DNA of 64,000 nucleotides from Pelomyxa schiedti (lineage: Eukaryota > Protista > Evosea): contig JAHLWZ010000816.1 of assembly GCA_020536535.1 (NCBI GenBank), forward strand, positions 1 through 64,000, read 5' to 3'. The notes under the pieces were generated by a model. It was not told the DNA's origin. It worked only from the letters and a program-made list of their open reading frames with translations, and did no database searches. The position numbers and the translations under genes were made by a program. Shown here one piece after another: positions 40,053-54,121 of the stretch (positions are counted from its first letter, which is position 1; each line of letters opens with the position of its first letter).

Positions 40053-41320
40053 ATGCGGTCAGCTTGGTCATCAGTTACTGGAAAAAATCAAGGGGAAATT
40101 CCAAACGAGCCCCTGAAAAAGCCGTAAACTGTGGGGGGCAGTGGAGCGATGATCTCAATATAGGAAACAGCGCCCTCTACGCTCGCGCGCAGTACATCGC
40201 TTTCGCCAGGGCCAGGCGCGTCCTCACGGGCTTGCTGGTGGGTTGGATCAGCCCCGAGCGCCCCCCGCCCCGTGTTTGCGCCGTCCAGAACGCTCTGGAA
40301 CATGCCTCCGAATTACCTACAATAAGGAGGAGCTGTACCTGCGTTGCGATAGAAGGTCCCGCGACATGGGCACCGATTTTGTGGACTTTGTCCCTGCCGT
40401 CGCGTGCAACAGGAGGTGGATTGTGGTTGCACCGCAGAGGATGAGTCTATTGTATGTATATAAGGTGACGGACAAATCTGTGGTCATCGGCACTGACTCT
40501 GACTATTCTGGCGCCTCTGTTGATTCTTCCAGTTCTGCGGATTCTGCCTATTCTAGCGATACTGACGATTCTGACACGGTTTTTAAGGTACACCCACTAG
40601 TGTTGAAAACTGGTTCCTTCACGAATCTCATACGATTCCTTGGCCCCTCCGAGTATGACGCCGATTCTGATATCTTGGAAGTGATCTCCATAATGAAGGG
40701 GGGTTGCCCACGGATCCGCATCAATAATATTGACCTGAATACTATTTGGGATAGCAAACAACCAGAAATCCCAGACACAGTCGTTGGCACTTGTAGCTTA
40801 GTGGACTTCCAGCAGCGAGCACCACTTGGGAGTGCCATTCTTCTTACCCGTTGATAGACAGAGCTGAAATGAATTATTACCTGCCCTTTGAAAAGGGATC
40901 ACATGGGTCTCTTCTTGATATTGCAACGGGGTTCAAGTGGTTGGAAGATATCTCAAGCCTTTCAGTGGAACGCCTTGACGAACACACTTATCCGCAACTT
41001 CCTATGACGGCTCCTCAACAGCCGTATTTTCGCTCTCTACGCTCTGCAACCATAACCAAAAAGACTCCAAAGAGAATGTTCCTGTTCCCGCACCCGCACC
41101 TGTGCCCTGCAACACCGTTAATCACGGATTGTTGATCTCATATGTAGACAAGGCAGTACCGGCACAACCAACTGATTGTCAACGCCGAGAGTTGCGCGTG
41201 TACGTACCCTGGGTGAAGGTACGGATTGACGCCGTGCCCTCCAGTGCCAGCGAGACAGAGAGAGTGCACTACATCGTGAATGCCCTCATTACTCAGCCCA
41301 CCACAGGTATCTTTCAATAG
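40053..41320 (+). CDS. Hypothetical protein of a lineage-expanded family (start uncertain)
   Basis: Motifs LYARAQYIAF and ACNRRWIVV resemble a large family of hypothetical proteins I recall from Pelomyxa; frames joined by putative introns. Confidence 0.5.
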
Positions 41321-41415
41321 ACCCACAGTGTTTTCACAAGAATCCACCACTACTTGTTCTGAATAAACGAAGCCATTTGGTTTTCTTTTCCTTTTTCTTT
41401 GGGAACGTAATGTGT

Positions 41416-42567
41416 TTACAAATCGGCGGACTCAGAAGGGGGAGGGCGAATGTGCCTGGTGCCGACTGTGGCAACAGCCGTCCTCAGGCGCTGCCGGCAG
41501 TACATTCCAAAGCACATGAAGAACGAGAGGAATGTTATGATGATGACAAATGCAAGTATTGCTGCTGATATGCCTTGCGGGATGTCTATCTGTGAATGTT
41601 TGATTCGGTTGGTGTGGTTGTTACTCGGTGCAAAAAAGAGAGAGAACAGAACACACCAGAACGTTCTTTGTGGCCTCAGCATTTTGTTGAACTTTGTTCA
41701 TTTTGCATTCCCTTCCCTTTTTTTGACAAAGGTTAACCAACCCATTAATTAATCCCCACCCGAGCCAGGAATGGAAATCGCACGTACTGGGCACAGAAGA
41801 GCACTGGGGTTGGCTGCAAAGGATATAAAATCGATGACCGGTTCTCCAAGGTTCGGGCACTCGACGCAAACTCCCTTGAGGGAAGTGTTACCTCAGACTT
41901 CAAATGAACTGGGAGGGAAACTTTTTCGCAATAGCCTAACCAATCATAGGTTACAAAACCGCCAGTGCTGTTGAATATGGGCTTGCCACAAACGAGCTCC
42001 TCATTGACTCCCTTTACTGGAGTCTGAACGAGTAGTTATTGGAATACCCACATTATAGTTGGGAGAAAACCTCAACAGTCATTCTGCGATCAAGAGCAAG
42101 AAGGAACTGGTTACATGGCTTTCCCAGAATGTCTTCTTCCAGGGCAACACAAGAGCCCGTGACGTTACTATCCTAATGGTGTGGGTTGTAAAAATGAAAC
42201 GATAGTAATACAAAAACTAACCTCCTCTTTAACACAATACTGTCCAATAGGACAGTCACAGTTTGATTCACAAGCTGCACAAACATACACACCCTTTCTC
42301 AACACACAAAAAGGCTGTATTTTTGTTTTTGATTGGGGGTTAGAGAAAAACCATGATTCGGAGTTAAAAAAAACGGGGCAATTGGGGAAAAAACCAATTG
42401 TGCACACATACGGTGAGAGGTGTGCCGACGCATTTGTTTGGCACGGGGATCATGGTAACCACGGTCCCTACCACGGAAGTGTCGCCACACATGACTGTTG
42501 CTCCACTGCACGTGCCAACAACCGCAGCAACGACAAGTACCGCAGCAACGACAGACCCCCTCCCCAT
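41416..42567 (-). CDS. Cysteine-rich single-pass membrane/surface protein
   Basis: Signal peptide MGRGSVVAAVLVVAAVVG; CAACESNCDCPIGQYC; C-terminal TM ISAAILAFVIIITFLSFFMCF. Confidence 0.7.
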
Positions 42568-42730
42568 CCTCGTTTTTCTTTTTGTTTGATTTTTCAGGGT
42601 TACCGGAAGGTAGAGATCTCAGGGACACCCCTGTGACGTGGCCAGTTTGAGGAGTGCTCAGCTCCGCCCACAAATGTGATTACGCGCCTGATGCCAGCAC
42701 TCTTTGTGGGTCAGAAACCAGGCAGATTGT

Positions 42731-42743
42731 GTCCAATCAGATT
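42731..42743. promoter_or_regulatory. GTCCAATCAGATT element in a divergent promoter
   Basis: Identical 13-mer at 18884-18896. Confidence 0.45.
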
Positions 42744-42925
42744 CTAATCATCATCCAATCAACGGACAAAGGAAAAATGGTGAGCCCCTCTTCTCGCAAC
42801 GAGTGACCACGACCAACACCTGCGCCCGCACCCATAATTTAATAACGCGTTGAACACACACACGCCATGTACCCACCCACCCACAACACAAACCAACCAA
42901 CCAACAACAGGACACGTCGTGCTTC

Positions 42926-45900
42926 ATGGAGGACACGTTCTCAGTCAAGGAGTGGGTCAACGGCGTTCTCACTGGCACGTCGACATCGACACCGTCCTCG
43001 TCGGCAACACCAGCGCCGCCGTCGTCGTCCTCGTCACCTTCGTCTTCCCAGGCGTCGTCGTCGCCGTCTCCATCATCGCCGGGTGACTTGGGCTCGGTGA
43101 TTGGGTCTCGCGATCCCACGTCGACCGAGGTGTGTGGGTGTGTGGGTGGGGCCTGCTTTGGGTGTCTCTTGAAAGGACACTTTTTTTTTTTGTTTTTTTG
43201 GCTAAGTGCTAACACATCTCTTGACAAAAGGCTCAGGCTTCAGGGTTGTCCCTGAGGCTGCAAGTTATGTGTGCTGATGTGTTGGCTTCTGTGCATGATG
43301 CGTCATTATCATCTCTCAGTTTAATCCCAAGGTAGTCCCTTGACTTATTCCTTCGCGTCCTGGTATTCATGGAATCATGGTAGCTCTCTGGTGGAGTTGG
43401 ATCAGACGAGACGGGAAGTGGAACTATTGAGATCGTCAATGGAAAAAAGAAAGGAGAACCTGGATAAGGTTCTTTGATTTGTCATTATCCTGGAGTAATT
43501 ATGTTCTCAGCTGTCACAGCTCAGTGACAAGGGCCTTGGTGGGGTCCTATCCTTGGTCACCATGCGGAATAACATGACAGACGTGCTTACTATATTGCAG
43601 CACGCAACAACTCTTACCACTCTAAAACAATCATCTGAAAAGATATTACAAAATGCCGACTTGGATGAGGTTTGAATGCCTCACAATGGGTAATGTTATG
43701 AACTCCTATCAGATAACAAAGCACTGTAGTGACTATGCTGTCTGTGTGAAGGGTGTTGAAGGCCTTAGCATTTTCGAGGAAGAGCAAAAACAACTGACTG
43801 CTCTCCACAACACTGTTGTGCAAATCTTCAAAGCACAGATTTGCACGGCAATAAATTCGAAGGATACAGGTGTGGCAGTTTACTCGAAACTCGCATATCT
43901 CTATTCTCTACAATCCAACTCTTACCTTCTTTCAGCTTCATCACAGATGTACACGAAAGCTTTTGCTCAGATGGGCCTCGTTCATCAGATTGAGGGTTTA
44001 TACATTGACTGTTTATGTAATAAATGGTGTACGATGTGGACTGATGTGAAAACTACCAATGTGTGAGTCATTCTCTTTATCTGCTTCTTATTCATTTATA
44101 CAGGCCAGCCAAAAGCTTGTGGATTGGCTGCCTCTATTCTATGATTCACTTGTATCAGCACTTACAACTGAAGTACCTCCTCCCCCTTCAATAGTGAGAG
44201 CTATTAAGTTTGACTCCGCCTGTTCTCCCCTTCTAAAAGGTGATGTGGGCGTCCCAAGTATTTCTCAATGGGCATGCCGTACTTGCCAAGTCTCTTTCCC
44301 GTGCTTTCTCTATTATTTCGCCAATGCTAAAGAAATTGTACGTTTATTTCCTTCCACACGCCGTTGTATCTCACTGCTTGAAAAGGATAGAGGATTCAAC
44401 AAATGTCAATCAACCACTTGACAGTATTCTAGCTCTTTATACGATTTCTGTAAATTTCACCAACATCACAACTGGCATCCTTTCTCCGGCATTCAATGCC
44501 CAAAATGGTATCTTTTTTTTTGTGCAATTTACTCTTCATTCCACCTAAACACTAAGTAATTTTTCAAGAAGGAACCATTGGAGAGCCAGGACAACTTGTC
44601 GTGGCTTTACTGGGTGCCTACAAAGAAATGCAGACCAAATATGCCCAGTTAGAAAGAACCCAATTACTCACACTGTTGGAGCCCCTCAAGCCAGTAAGAT
44701 ACTTAGATGAGTTGATAACAATACCTTACTTGTGTAGCTCATAGGAGGCGGATCGGACATGTGCATGCGGTTTCATGATACAATACACAGGGTCGGCGGC
44801 TCTATACCACCAGTTCTACAGACTGCGGATGCCGCCATCCATCGCTGCCTGCTGTTTACCTCGGGTTCCCAACTACCTGCTCTCACAACAACATTACAAG
44901 TAGACAGTATTATACTGAGAGGGCAAATGGGATTAAGAAAAATTAGGACTACTTTGGAGAATACTTGCAACATCTTATGAATGTCCTTGGTTCACTAAAG
45001 GCGAAAACAAAACTTGACCTCGATTCACGCTCCCTCCAAGGTAACCAACTTCTGTATTTTATATTCCAATGTTGGAAAGTACACCATTATTTATGTAGAT
45101 AGTAGCTTCAATTGGAGTGTCTTTACGAGTTCACTGCAACTACTTCAAGTCAGCTCACAACTCCTTTCTACGTTGGATTCATTTAACAATAACTTTGTGG
45201 CAACCGTGGTCGCCCACAAGCAATTTGTGCTCAATGCTCAATCACCATCCACACCACTCCCCTCGAATCAGTTGGCACAGTCAAAAGAGTATTTTCTGCT
45301 CTCCCATGTTTGACATTGTTGTAAAGCTTGAAATAGGCTTTCCTTCTACGTGCCACTTCCATTGGAACCACAGCAACATCGCCAACTCCAAGGGTGGTTT
45401 ATGACTGTGGAGGACAGAACCTGTACATAAGAATTCGACCATTCTTTGCACACACCTAAAACCCAAATCCAGCTAGGTACCACATGCTGCACAATGCCGT
45501 TCAACTTGCTGGTACTTTTGTCTCTGCTGTCAAGTCTCTTGCCTATGACACAGTGATGTCATTTGTAGATGCTAGACTGTCTACATTCCCTGGACTAGAG
45601 GTGCTCGCTCCACAATGCACCACGATTACATAGTCTAATGTATCTAACAGGAGTGGAAAGTCAGCAAAAACCCTAATCCTCGAATTCAGGAGTTCACAAA
45701 TCCTCTTTCATATATCACATCAATTGGTGAGTTGTTGATAACTCTGCCTCAGCATCTCGAAGTAGTTTCCTTATGTCACTTCTGTGAATTAATATCAATG
45801 TGAAGCCCTTTGCTGCTGCATGTGAGGGGACTGGAACAAGGAAAGATGGAGATATGTCCTCCTTTTCACCACAATTCATTGCCACAGTTTGCAGGTATTC

Positions 45901-46336
45901 CTCTCTCTTGCTTTTTCCCGCCCAGATGATAGCCCATAAAATCGCAACCTTTTTCTCACTTCATATTGTCATTTTTTCCAGGCAGACAATGACCCACTTT
46001 ATACAAAAGCTCTCTGAAATTTCTCTTCTTGGTGCTGTGGGTTCAAAGCAACTTGCAGTTGATATTGGTTTATTTCTTTTGGTTTCTGCAAGTACCTAAA
46101 CTTCTTCACTAGGGTACATCTTAAAAATGATATGTGCTCTTGGTGTGACGCCACTACCAACCTTAGCTCTGTTACAGAACATTCTAAATGCAAACGCACA
46201 ACAGTTACGGTCTAGTGAATTTTAGAATCATACTAATTACAAAAGCAGACAAACATCTATGGTCCACACTGTAATGGAAAGCTCAAATGATCAGACACTA
46301 ATATCCCTGCTACGGAAACTCAAAATAGGGATGTAA
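42926..46336 (+). CDS. COG7: Conserved oligomeric Golgi complex subunit 7-like
   Basis: N-terminal FSVKEWVN; C-terminal YITSIGELLITLPQHLE and KQLAVDI motifs typical of COG7. Confidence 0.75.
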
Positions 46337-46493
46337 ATACTTCTTCCTATGGAATTGGACACGCACCCACCAAGCTAAACAGTTCCCAATCCCATCGTTT
46401 TGTGCTTTTAGTGTTTTATGTTCTATTGCTTGTGGTAATTTCGTGCAGAAGAAAACTGTTTAATTTCTCTTTTGCCAAACTATACATGACAAT

Positions 46494-47605
46494 CTATAGT
46501 AGTAAACAAAACTTGGATTTCGACTGCCTTGGTGCTGGGAGGTCTGGAGGAAGTTTTTTTTTCGTGATGACTGCTTTGGCACACTCAGTGAAGAGCTGTG
46601 GATTTCGTTAGGGAATTACATTGAAACATGATAGAATTAATTCGTTCTGAAAGGGGGAGTACCTCAACAATTCCTTTCCTAGTGAGGGCACTGCATTCTA
46701 AATACTTGAGTGCTTGGATGCGTGATGCCAGTTTTCGTCCTTCCTTGTGGGAAATAACTCTCTCACCGGCAGATGCGGAATCCAGGCCTGGGGGTTCTCT
46801 CAGGTCAATCTTATTTCCGACGAGAATGATGGGTGCATGAGGAACGTGATGCCTGACCTCAGGAATCCACTTGGAGAAGTGTAAGGCTCATAGTTTGGGA
46901 ATGATTCTTGGGCAATACCTTATCCAATACGTTCTGAAAGGAGGAAAACTTGGCAACAGAAAAGCAAATCAGAATAATATCTGACTCTGAACTCTATAAG
47001 TATTCCACTAGATAATATTAACTACACGCACTAGGATATGAAAGTGGTCGCAGTCTCGTGTATTCCTCCTGGCCGGCTACATTTGGTGAATGAGAAATTT
47101 TCTTAGGGCGGATGGTAAGGGTTACCAGTGTCCTTGTGGTGTGTAAGGAATAATTTTGAGAGAGTAAGTTGGATACCCAGATGTGTAAAGTGACTGTCCA
47201 TCTATCAACACTTAATCTCTGGGAAAACTGTTTACAGTGCGTTACTTTGCCGCCACTTCCCGCATCGGGGGTGTCATTCACTTCACAGGTGGGAAAAAAA
47301 GCCTTACATTATCAAATACTGTTGGAATGTATTCCTAGAGTAACAAAAAAAGAAATGAGTCTCCCTTCTTTACGAACAGACTTACCTTGGGAAATGAACT
47401 TGATGTGTACGATATCAAAATGGAGGTTTTCCCCTAGTAACCAATACTTAGCGCCAAACAAGCAAAGGGGAAAAAGAAAGAGCTTGTTCCTACCACCATT
47501 CCGTCACCTAAACAAAGGAAGAATTAACAAAGAGAAAGAATGTTTCCTATACATACCAACAACAACACATTTTATTGGCTCTGTGCCCACTCCACCTTCC
47601 TCCAT
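46494..47605 (-). CDS. Rho/Rac-family small GTPase, ~9 exons
   Basis: IKCVVVGDGMVGKT, EYIPTVFDN, W-DT-AGQEEY, LVGNKIDL, YLECSA, CAAX end CLLL. Confidence 0.92.
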
Positions 47606-47673
47606 GCCAACTCCCCAATAAACAGATATCAAATTAACTACTTGGCTGTAAGTTTGCTTGGGCAGGCATGATT

Positions 47674-50600
47674 TTAAAAATTTTGAAAAACGGAAAAGTT
47701 CGGTGTGAAGGGCCCTCTCCTAAGATGAACAAAAATCATGCCCCATTTACGGAACAAACAGTTTTTAGTCAATGAAGAATTCGCAGGGTTTGTCACTTGG
47801 GTTGAGTTAAGAGTGCTTCCAGGACCGTTCAGGGCTGTCGGTGTCTTGGTATTCATTTCCTCCATAGAATTGGTTCTCAGAGGTTCCAGACTGATAAACT
47901 TGCACAGTGTATCCCTCGGCGTTTGTTGTGGTGGAAACATCATCTTGCTGATCTTGAATAGGTGGCGGTGCATGTGATCCGTGGGCTGGTGTATCAGTGG
48001 ATGGTTCACCTGGAGAAACCTTCACTGATTCACCGGGAATCCCGAGGTGCAGTGCCTATTGGGTGTTGTTAGCAAAGTTATCGGCGAGAAAGAAAACGCA
48101 CTCGATCCGCAGCTGCTTGTGTTTCAAAATTCACCGTGGAGGAAATGCCAGTTGTGTCGGTTTCAATACGAATGTCTCTGATTGGCCCAAATTGCTGCTT
48201 ATGGTAAGAGGGGTTTAACACTAGGGGGAGAACCTGCAAGATAGGTTTCAATGCAGACTCTGTCTGTAGGTGCAGTGGGAGATTGTAAAACTTGACAGCC
48301 GCTGAATGTGCAGGGAACTGGGAGAGTGGCGGCTCGGTGCTTGGTAGTCTGCTAATATGAGAAATTGGCTTCAAAGCCAACGGGTCAAGCCCAAGCTTTA
48401 GTGCCTGAGTCGAAAGTTAATTCACCAAAGAGACCGATGGTGATTACCTGCTGCTTGAGAGCGTCGACTTGTTGCTTCAGTTCAGAATAAGACACTTCAA
48501 TTGAGTTGCACATCTTAGCATTGGCACTCTGTGGAGGAGCAATTCCTGTGTTGCGAGGCCGTTTTGGCTGTGGGCAATACTTTGGTCGATCGGCAGCAGT
48601 GATCGGGGGAATTGCAGAATAAGTGACGCGAGGGGGACGTTTTTGACCGTGCTGTGTGGTGTCCGCGAGGGTGCTTGGAGTAATTCCTCCCGACTTGGCA
48701 AATGGCGATGCTTGCTTCGCAGCCAAAGCGGAGAGAAGAGATTTGTGCACAGCTGCAAGGCTTTGCATCAACTGCGCTTGCTCTGATGGATCCAGGAGAT
48801 CTTTCTTTTTTTCAACAGCTTCTACCATCTTCTTATACTCCGCGAGTTTATTCGAAAGTGTTGAAAGCTGTACTGAGGGTGCTTGTTTTGGTGCCAGTAC
48901 GGTGGACGGAGGAGGCTGTGCTGAGGGATTGTTTGGAGCTGTTGGTTTATCAATGGCTGGAATCTGTTGAATTTATAAGTATTACAAAACCGGTAGCAGT
49001 TAATTGAACCTGATTTTCTCCTTTCATGTTGGGTACATTGTTATTAAGTTGGCCAGGTTTGTACGAATGAATTTGTCCTTTATTTGGAGTAGGTTGTACT
49101 GGAATTTGAACTGTCGGCGGAACAGTTTTCCTTTTTGCATCATCAGCAGAAGCATGCTGATCGACATGACCAAAGTTTGCCCAAAAAACCTTAGTGGTGG
49201 TTGATAACAAAAAGAAAAACTTTTACGGGCCCACCTGGATGAATCTATTTCCGCACACAGCATCAGGTGACTGAATAGCAGCCATCGCTTCTTCGTGTGT
49301 AGAAAATTGAACAAATGCTCTGTTCGATTGGGGTTTGACCTAAGCAACGTCATGACTGGGTATTTGATTGTGTGTAAATGGAAGATGGTACCTGCAGGTT
49401 CAGTATTGTTCCAAACTTAGAGAAGTGCTCATTGAGCAATTCTATGCGATTGAGATGTTTAGGGATTCCAACAACTTTTAGTGCACCTGTCTTGGTTGCT
49501 GATTTCCATTCTCTGTGATCTTTAGGGGGCCATCTCTGGAGATGAGAGTGAGAAGCATCTTGGAATATGCACTACATTTTAGATTCACCTTGTAACCTTG
49601 TGGCTGAGTAGCATTTTGCATTGGATTCCGGTTTTGCAACTGTGATGAACTGATTGTTTTTGAGGATGAGTATACGGTTGTTGGAGCCGCTGGAGAGGGT
49701 ATGATGAAAGGGGTTGTTTCTGGGGTGACAAACGCCCGAGTAGGAGATTCCCATTCGAGTGAACCATTCTGGGGTGGTTGATCTTGAGTTGAGGAATTAT
49801 GTTGAGCTTCAGTCGCTTAGCACATGTGAGAATAGAAAGGCTAGGGGATCTTACTGCTATGTGGGACTCCAGCACTTTGGGGCAAATGAACATCAAGTTG
49901 AAAGCCAGAAGTGCTACAGTTACTGGGAGGTACTGTAAATTCGCGTCGATCTGTTTTTTGGGTGGAACGATGAGAAAAAGCTTTTGTGAGAGGTTTCTTA
50001 CATTCTGGTTCTGGTATTGGTGGAGTATACATTTGGGGTTGTGTTAAGATAGGTGCAGGTGTTGAAATACAGGAATTTGACGCCTGCCATGCATATGGTA
50101 TTGGCAGGGAAACTTGTTCACTCGGGGGTTGTATTTGATAAGGAATGTCCTTGCTGGGCAGCGAGTGTTGCAGGTCTGAAGTTATTGTGCCAGAGCCTGA
50201 AGTTACCTCTCTGACCATTCCCTGCGGCCCATTCCGAACACACACAACCCCTTCGCTGTGCAAAGATGGCATAGAAATGCCCTCAGACTCAATGGATAAT
50301 TGTTCTGCAAACTGGTTGTGGGGTGCATTGCCGTGTCTTTCCACATCCGAAGTATGGACTCCCTTGTCGTACTTGCTTGTGACAGTATGATGGGCGGTTC
50401 CAGGGAAGCTGAATGTTTGTCTTTGCTGGTCAGAGTCAGGAATCTCACTTCGCCATCTGGGCTGCACTTGCTTGAAGTAACTTCCTTGAGAGCTGTCTGT
50501 GTAGCGATCAATCCTACAGTCTCTTCTTTTATCTCTTTCAAACACTCTTTTGGACCTTTCATCTTGGCCCACAGTGGTGGTGGTTTGACCTCCCCTCTCC

Positions 50601-51661
50601 ATGCTCCTGGAATAATCCCCATTTCTGGTGTGAGAAAATCTGTCATGTCTGGTGGAACTTTTGTCAATTCTGGACGTAGCTGGGGATCTTCTGTCCTCGC
50701 GTCTAAACGTATCTCTGGGGAGACGTCCATGATTCCTGCTTCCACTTCTGCTCCTGCTTTGGTTTATGCTTCTACTTCTACTTCTGCTTTGGTGTCTGCT
50801 TCTGCTTCTGTTTCGGCTTATACTTCGGCTTCGGCTTCGACTTCGACTTCTGTTTCGGCTTCGGTTTCTACTTGTGCTATAGAATTTGTTTCTAGGGCTT
50901 CTGCTACGACTGTTGCTTCTGTCACTTCGAGGTTTTGAATGCCGGAATTGAGCAGCATGAGTGTTACTATCTCTGTCGTTCGAGGGAGATCTGCTGTTGC
51001 TGCGGCTCCTGCAGTTTGTTGGATACCTCACAGCGGTGTTGCAAGATTCCAACAGTGGTGAAGAGCGTCCATGACTTGAGACTGGTTGTTCAAACTGGTT
51101 CACATAACTTATGGGTGCACATCTGTCCGCCACATTGGCTGTGTGATGAATTTCAAGTACAGATGAATCTAGTGTCTCTTGAACTGCGTGTCCTTGTGTG
51201 TTTGTGTACATATTGACATTATGAAGGAAGCCATGTTGCCCAACAGGTGTGTCATGGAAAGCCCCAAATTGCTCCAGTTTATCAAAAAGAATGGCAACAA
51301 AATTGACAGCTGCGTCGTTGTTACAAGGTAAACGGACCAGAAAAAGAATTTAATTGCATGAACCAACTTACAATCGTCCAGAATGCCAGACAATTGAGCC
51401 GTGCACAAGTCCATCAGTTCATACTTGGGCAATTGCTTTTGGAGCAACCCCAAGATATAAGTAGTCATTGCTCTCGGGTCCGCTCGTGTACTGCGAAAAA
51501 AAAAAAAAAAAAAAAGGTAAAAAAAAAGGAATGAAATAAAGGCTTCGTGCATGGTGCAGGAAGGCAGTTATGGGACAAGACAAGTCGGAGGAGTACAATT
51601 GATCCACGGTGACAAGCAACCACTGCTCAATCTCGTGCAATACCGCATCGTCTGTCAACAT
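47674..51661 (-). CDS. RBM26/27-like RNA-binding protein (PWI-like + RS region + RRMs)
   Basis: N-terminal ADPRAMTTYILGLL...LCTAQL; RS dipeptide tract; LNRIELLNEHFSKFGTILNL (RRM1); QFGPIRDI...VNFETQAAA (RRM2). Confidence 0.72.
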
Positions 51662-51918
51662 TTTTCTTTCCCTTGTTTGATGGACGCGACTTCGCGGAAT
51701 CAGGGGCGTAAGGGACCCACCCCCAAGGTGTTTGTTGGGTTTTTTTGGCGACTGGGATCTCGCCACAGGATGCCTCCTCGGATGCTGGAAAGAACACCAC
51801 GAAAGGACCAGGCATTTCAGAATGTTCCCTCCACCAGTACAGTTTCTGCTCCATTGATGGGGAAAATGTGTGGTTCCCAAAAATGGTGGTATTGTTTTGG
51901 TATTATTTGTACATAGAA

Positions 51919-53340
51919 TTATAGTCTGACTCTTATCCTTATGAACAAGGTGTCGTCTACTACATATGACTCCATCTGCGCTTTTGTCATGAACTTAAAC
52001 CAGCCGTAGAAGTCATCACTCGATTTTCTAGCAAGACTCCTTTTCACTTGATCAGCAAAGGCTTCATCTGTTATGATCTCCAGGGTATCCACTGTAGACC
52101 CAACTGTCACAGTGACAACCTAAAGGCAGAAGCGTTAGTATTAATTGGGCATTGTGTGACTCATGCCAAATTAGATAGAGGTAGTCCTGATGAAGGGAAA
52201 TGTTGAGGCCGTATCCCAAAGAATAATGCCAAGTGGCCGGCACCTGCTAAAGTCTGTCCGGCAAGGCAGGCTTTCATCTCAAATGCTACGCCTCTTGTTG
52301 GAATAAGTTCTCAAAGTATTAGGAAAGTATTTCTGATACCTGCATACTAAGATTGGGCTAGAAAGTGTGGGTGTTGCACCGTTATTTAGGGCTTGCTCTG
52401 CAGCGCCCAGTTCTGCCCGGTAATTGTTTATTTTCCAGATTGCTTCATCTTGAATTTCCATTAAGCTAGTCCGTAGGCGAACTATTTCGGCTTGTTGCCG
52501 GTGTAGTTGGTCCGATTGCTCTGCCAGTAATCTGGATTGTGAGTCCATTTGTGTGCGTTGCTTATCTACTAATGAGGCGAGGATTGCAAGGTGCTCGAAA
52601 ATGGATTCTTGAATGTGAGAACGAGCATTTTTGCGGGTTCCTTTCCATGTGCACCCCGCAACGGAGCACTCAACTACAGCACAATCGCATGATTTTGTGT
52701 GCCTATCTTTATCCTTTCTCAGGACTTCCTCCCCACACATGCACTTGTAGGGTGAATTAGGGCACTCACTGGTATGGGTCTGCATGTTAACCCAAGGCAG
52801 TTCGATGCCACAAGCCTGGCAAGCCACCACTCTAAAAGGGCACTCTCCAGCATGTTTTGCCTCAAGCCTTCTGGCTATAGAAACACCACACCCTTTCCAC
52901 CTGCACGGCATTGGGGCATATATGCAGTCATCTTCCACATGCCGATTTAACTTCCCCAATTGCATTATGGCTGTGCAGCCGTCTGATTTGTGTGGGCAGT
53001 GTACCTCCAGCCGCTCTCTTACACTTAGAAATAGTCTTGCTGGTTTCACAAAGTCTTTGCCAATTGAAACAGGCATGGCTTTACAGCATGGACATTGTGG
53101 CTTCACTTCCAATGAATGTTCCAAACAGCTCCTGCAAAAAACATACGCCTAAAATACGTCGAGGCTTAGTTATTTTGTTTTGTTTGCTTTTTTTTGTGTG
53201 TGTGTTGACAAAACAGACTGGGTGTGGCATATGCATACCTCATTTCCATGCACCAGAGGGTCAATTGCGAAGTCCCGGCATATTGGACATATGTACTCCC
53301 GGCCGGGTTCCTGTACGAAGTGGTATTTGTTTTCGTCCAT
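51919..53340 (-). CDS. TRAF-like protein (RING, TRAF zinc fingers, coiled coil, MATH-like)
   Basis: YICPIC...FCRSC...CPCC; repeated CxxxxxxC..C..H fingers; WKINNY, YGWFKF, YVVDDTLFIR. Confidence 0.88.
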
Positions 53341-54121
53341 GGCAGCGGGGCGCCGGGGGCTGCGGGGGATTTTGGTTTTTTTTTAAGAGGACCACGACCA
53401 CGTAGGAACGGCACAGTTGATTTTTTTTTTCCCCCTCAGGGCAGGGAGGGAAAAAAAAGACTGGAAGAGCGGGGCTCGGGAATTTTTTTTGAAGTACCGG
53501 GCGAGAGGGCTAGGGGAAATGTACTGAGGAAAAAGAGAGCGAGACCAGGGCAGGGGTTCGGCGAGATAGGCAAAGGGGTCTGGTTGGGAACTCACTTGTG
53601 AGGGAGTTTGGTGTGGTTGATTATAGTAGCAATACAACAGGAGATACTGCCCCCATTAGTGCAGCTTCCAACAACCGAAATATTTACATAGCTACTAGCT
53701 AGTTGTTTGCTTGAAGCGACCATAGGAATGAGTGCTTAGTAGACTGGTAATGCAAATATAACATTGCTTGTAATGGAATTAGCTTGATAACATAACTTGA
53801 TGTTAACTTATTAAGTTAATAAGGTTATAGGTTTTTGGGTTTTGTGTGCGCTGTGGTCAGAGTGAGGAAAACCTATTTTCTCCATATAAATAAAATGGAA
53901 CACAATTCATGCACCAACTCAGCTTTGTTTGCCTACAGTTGGCGATTTTTCATTTCCACAGGAATGGATCCGGCACATCACCACCAAATGGTTTTTTTTT
54001 ATCTCTTAATCATCCCCATAGCTCCTCGCCCACAACGGTGGCGCAGCCAATCAATCCGAATCAACGGACAATTAGATGAAGAGTAAGTTTTTTTTTCTTT
54101 TTTTTGTACGCAAAAACCCAA

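Noticed and set aside
53130-53300. TRAF RING appears to lack the canonical C-x-H ligands
   Set aside because: An intron falls at this point and an unseen microexon or alternative splice could restore them.
53600-54100. AT-rich stretch with palindrome TTAACTTATTAAGTTAA, possible MITE
   Set aside because: No terminal inverted repeats, target-site duplication or second copy visible.
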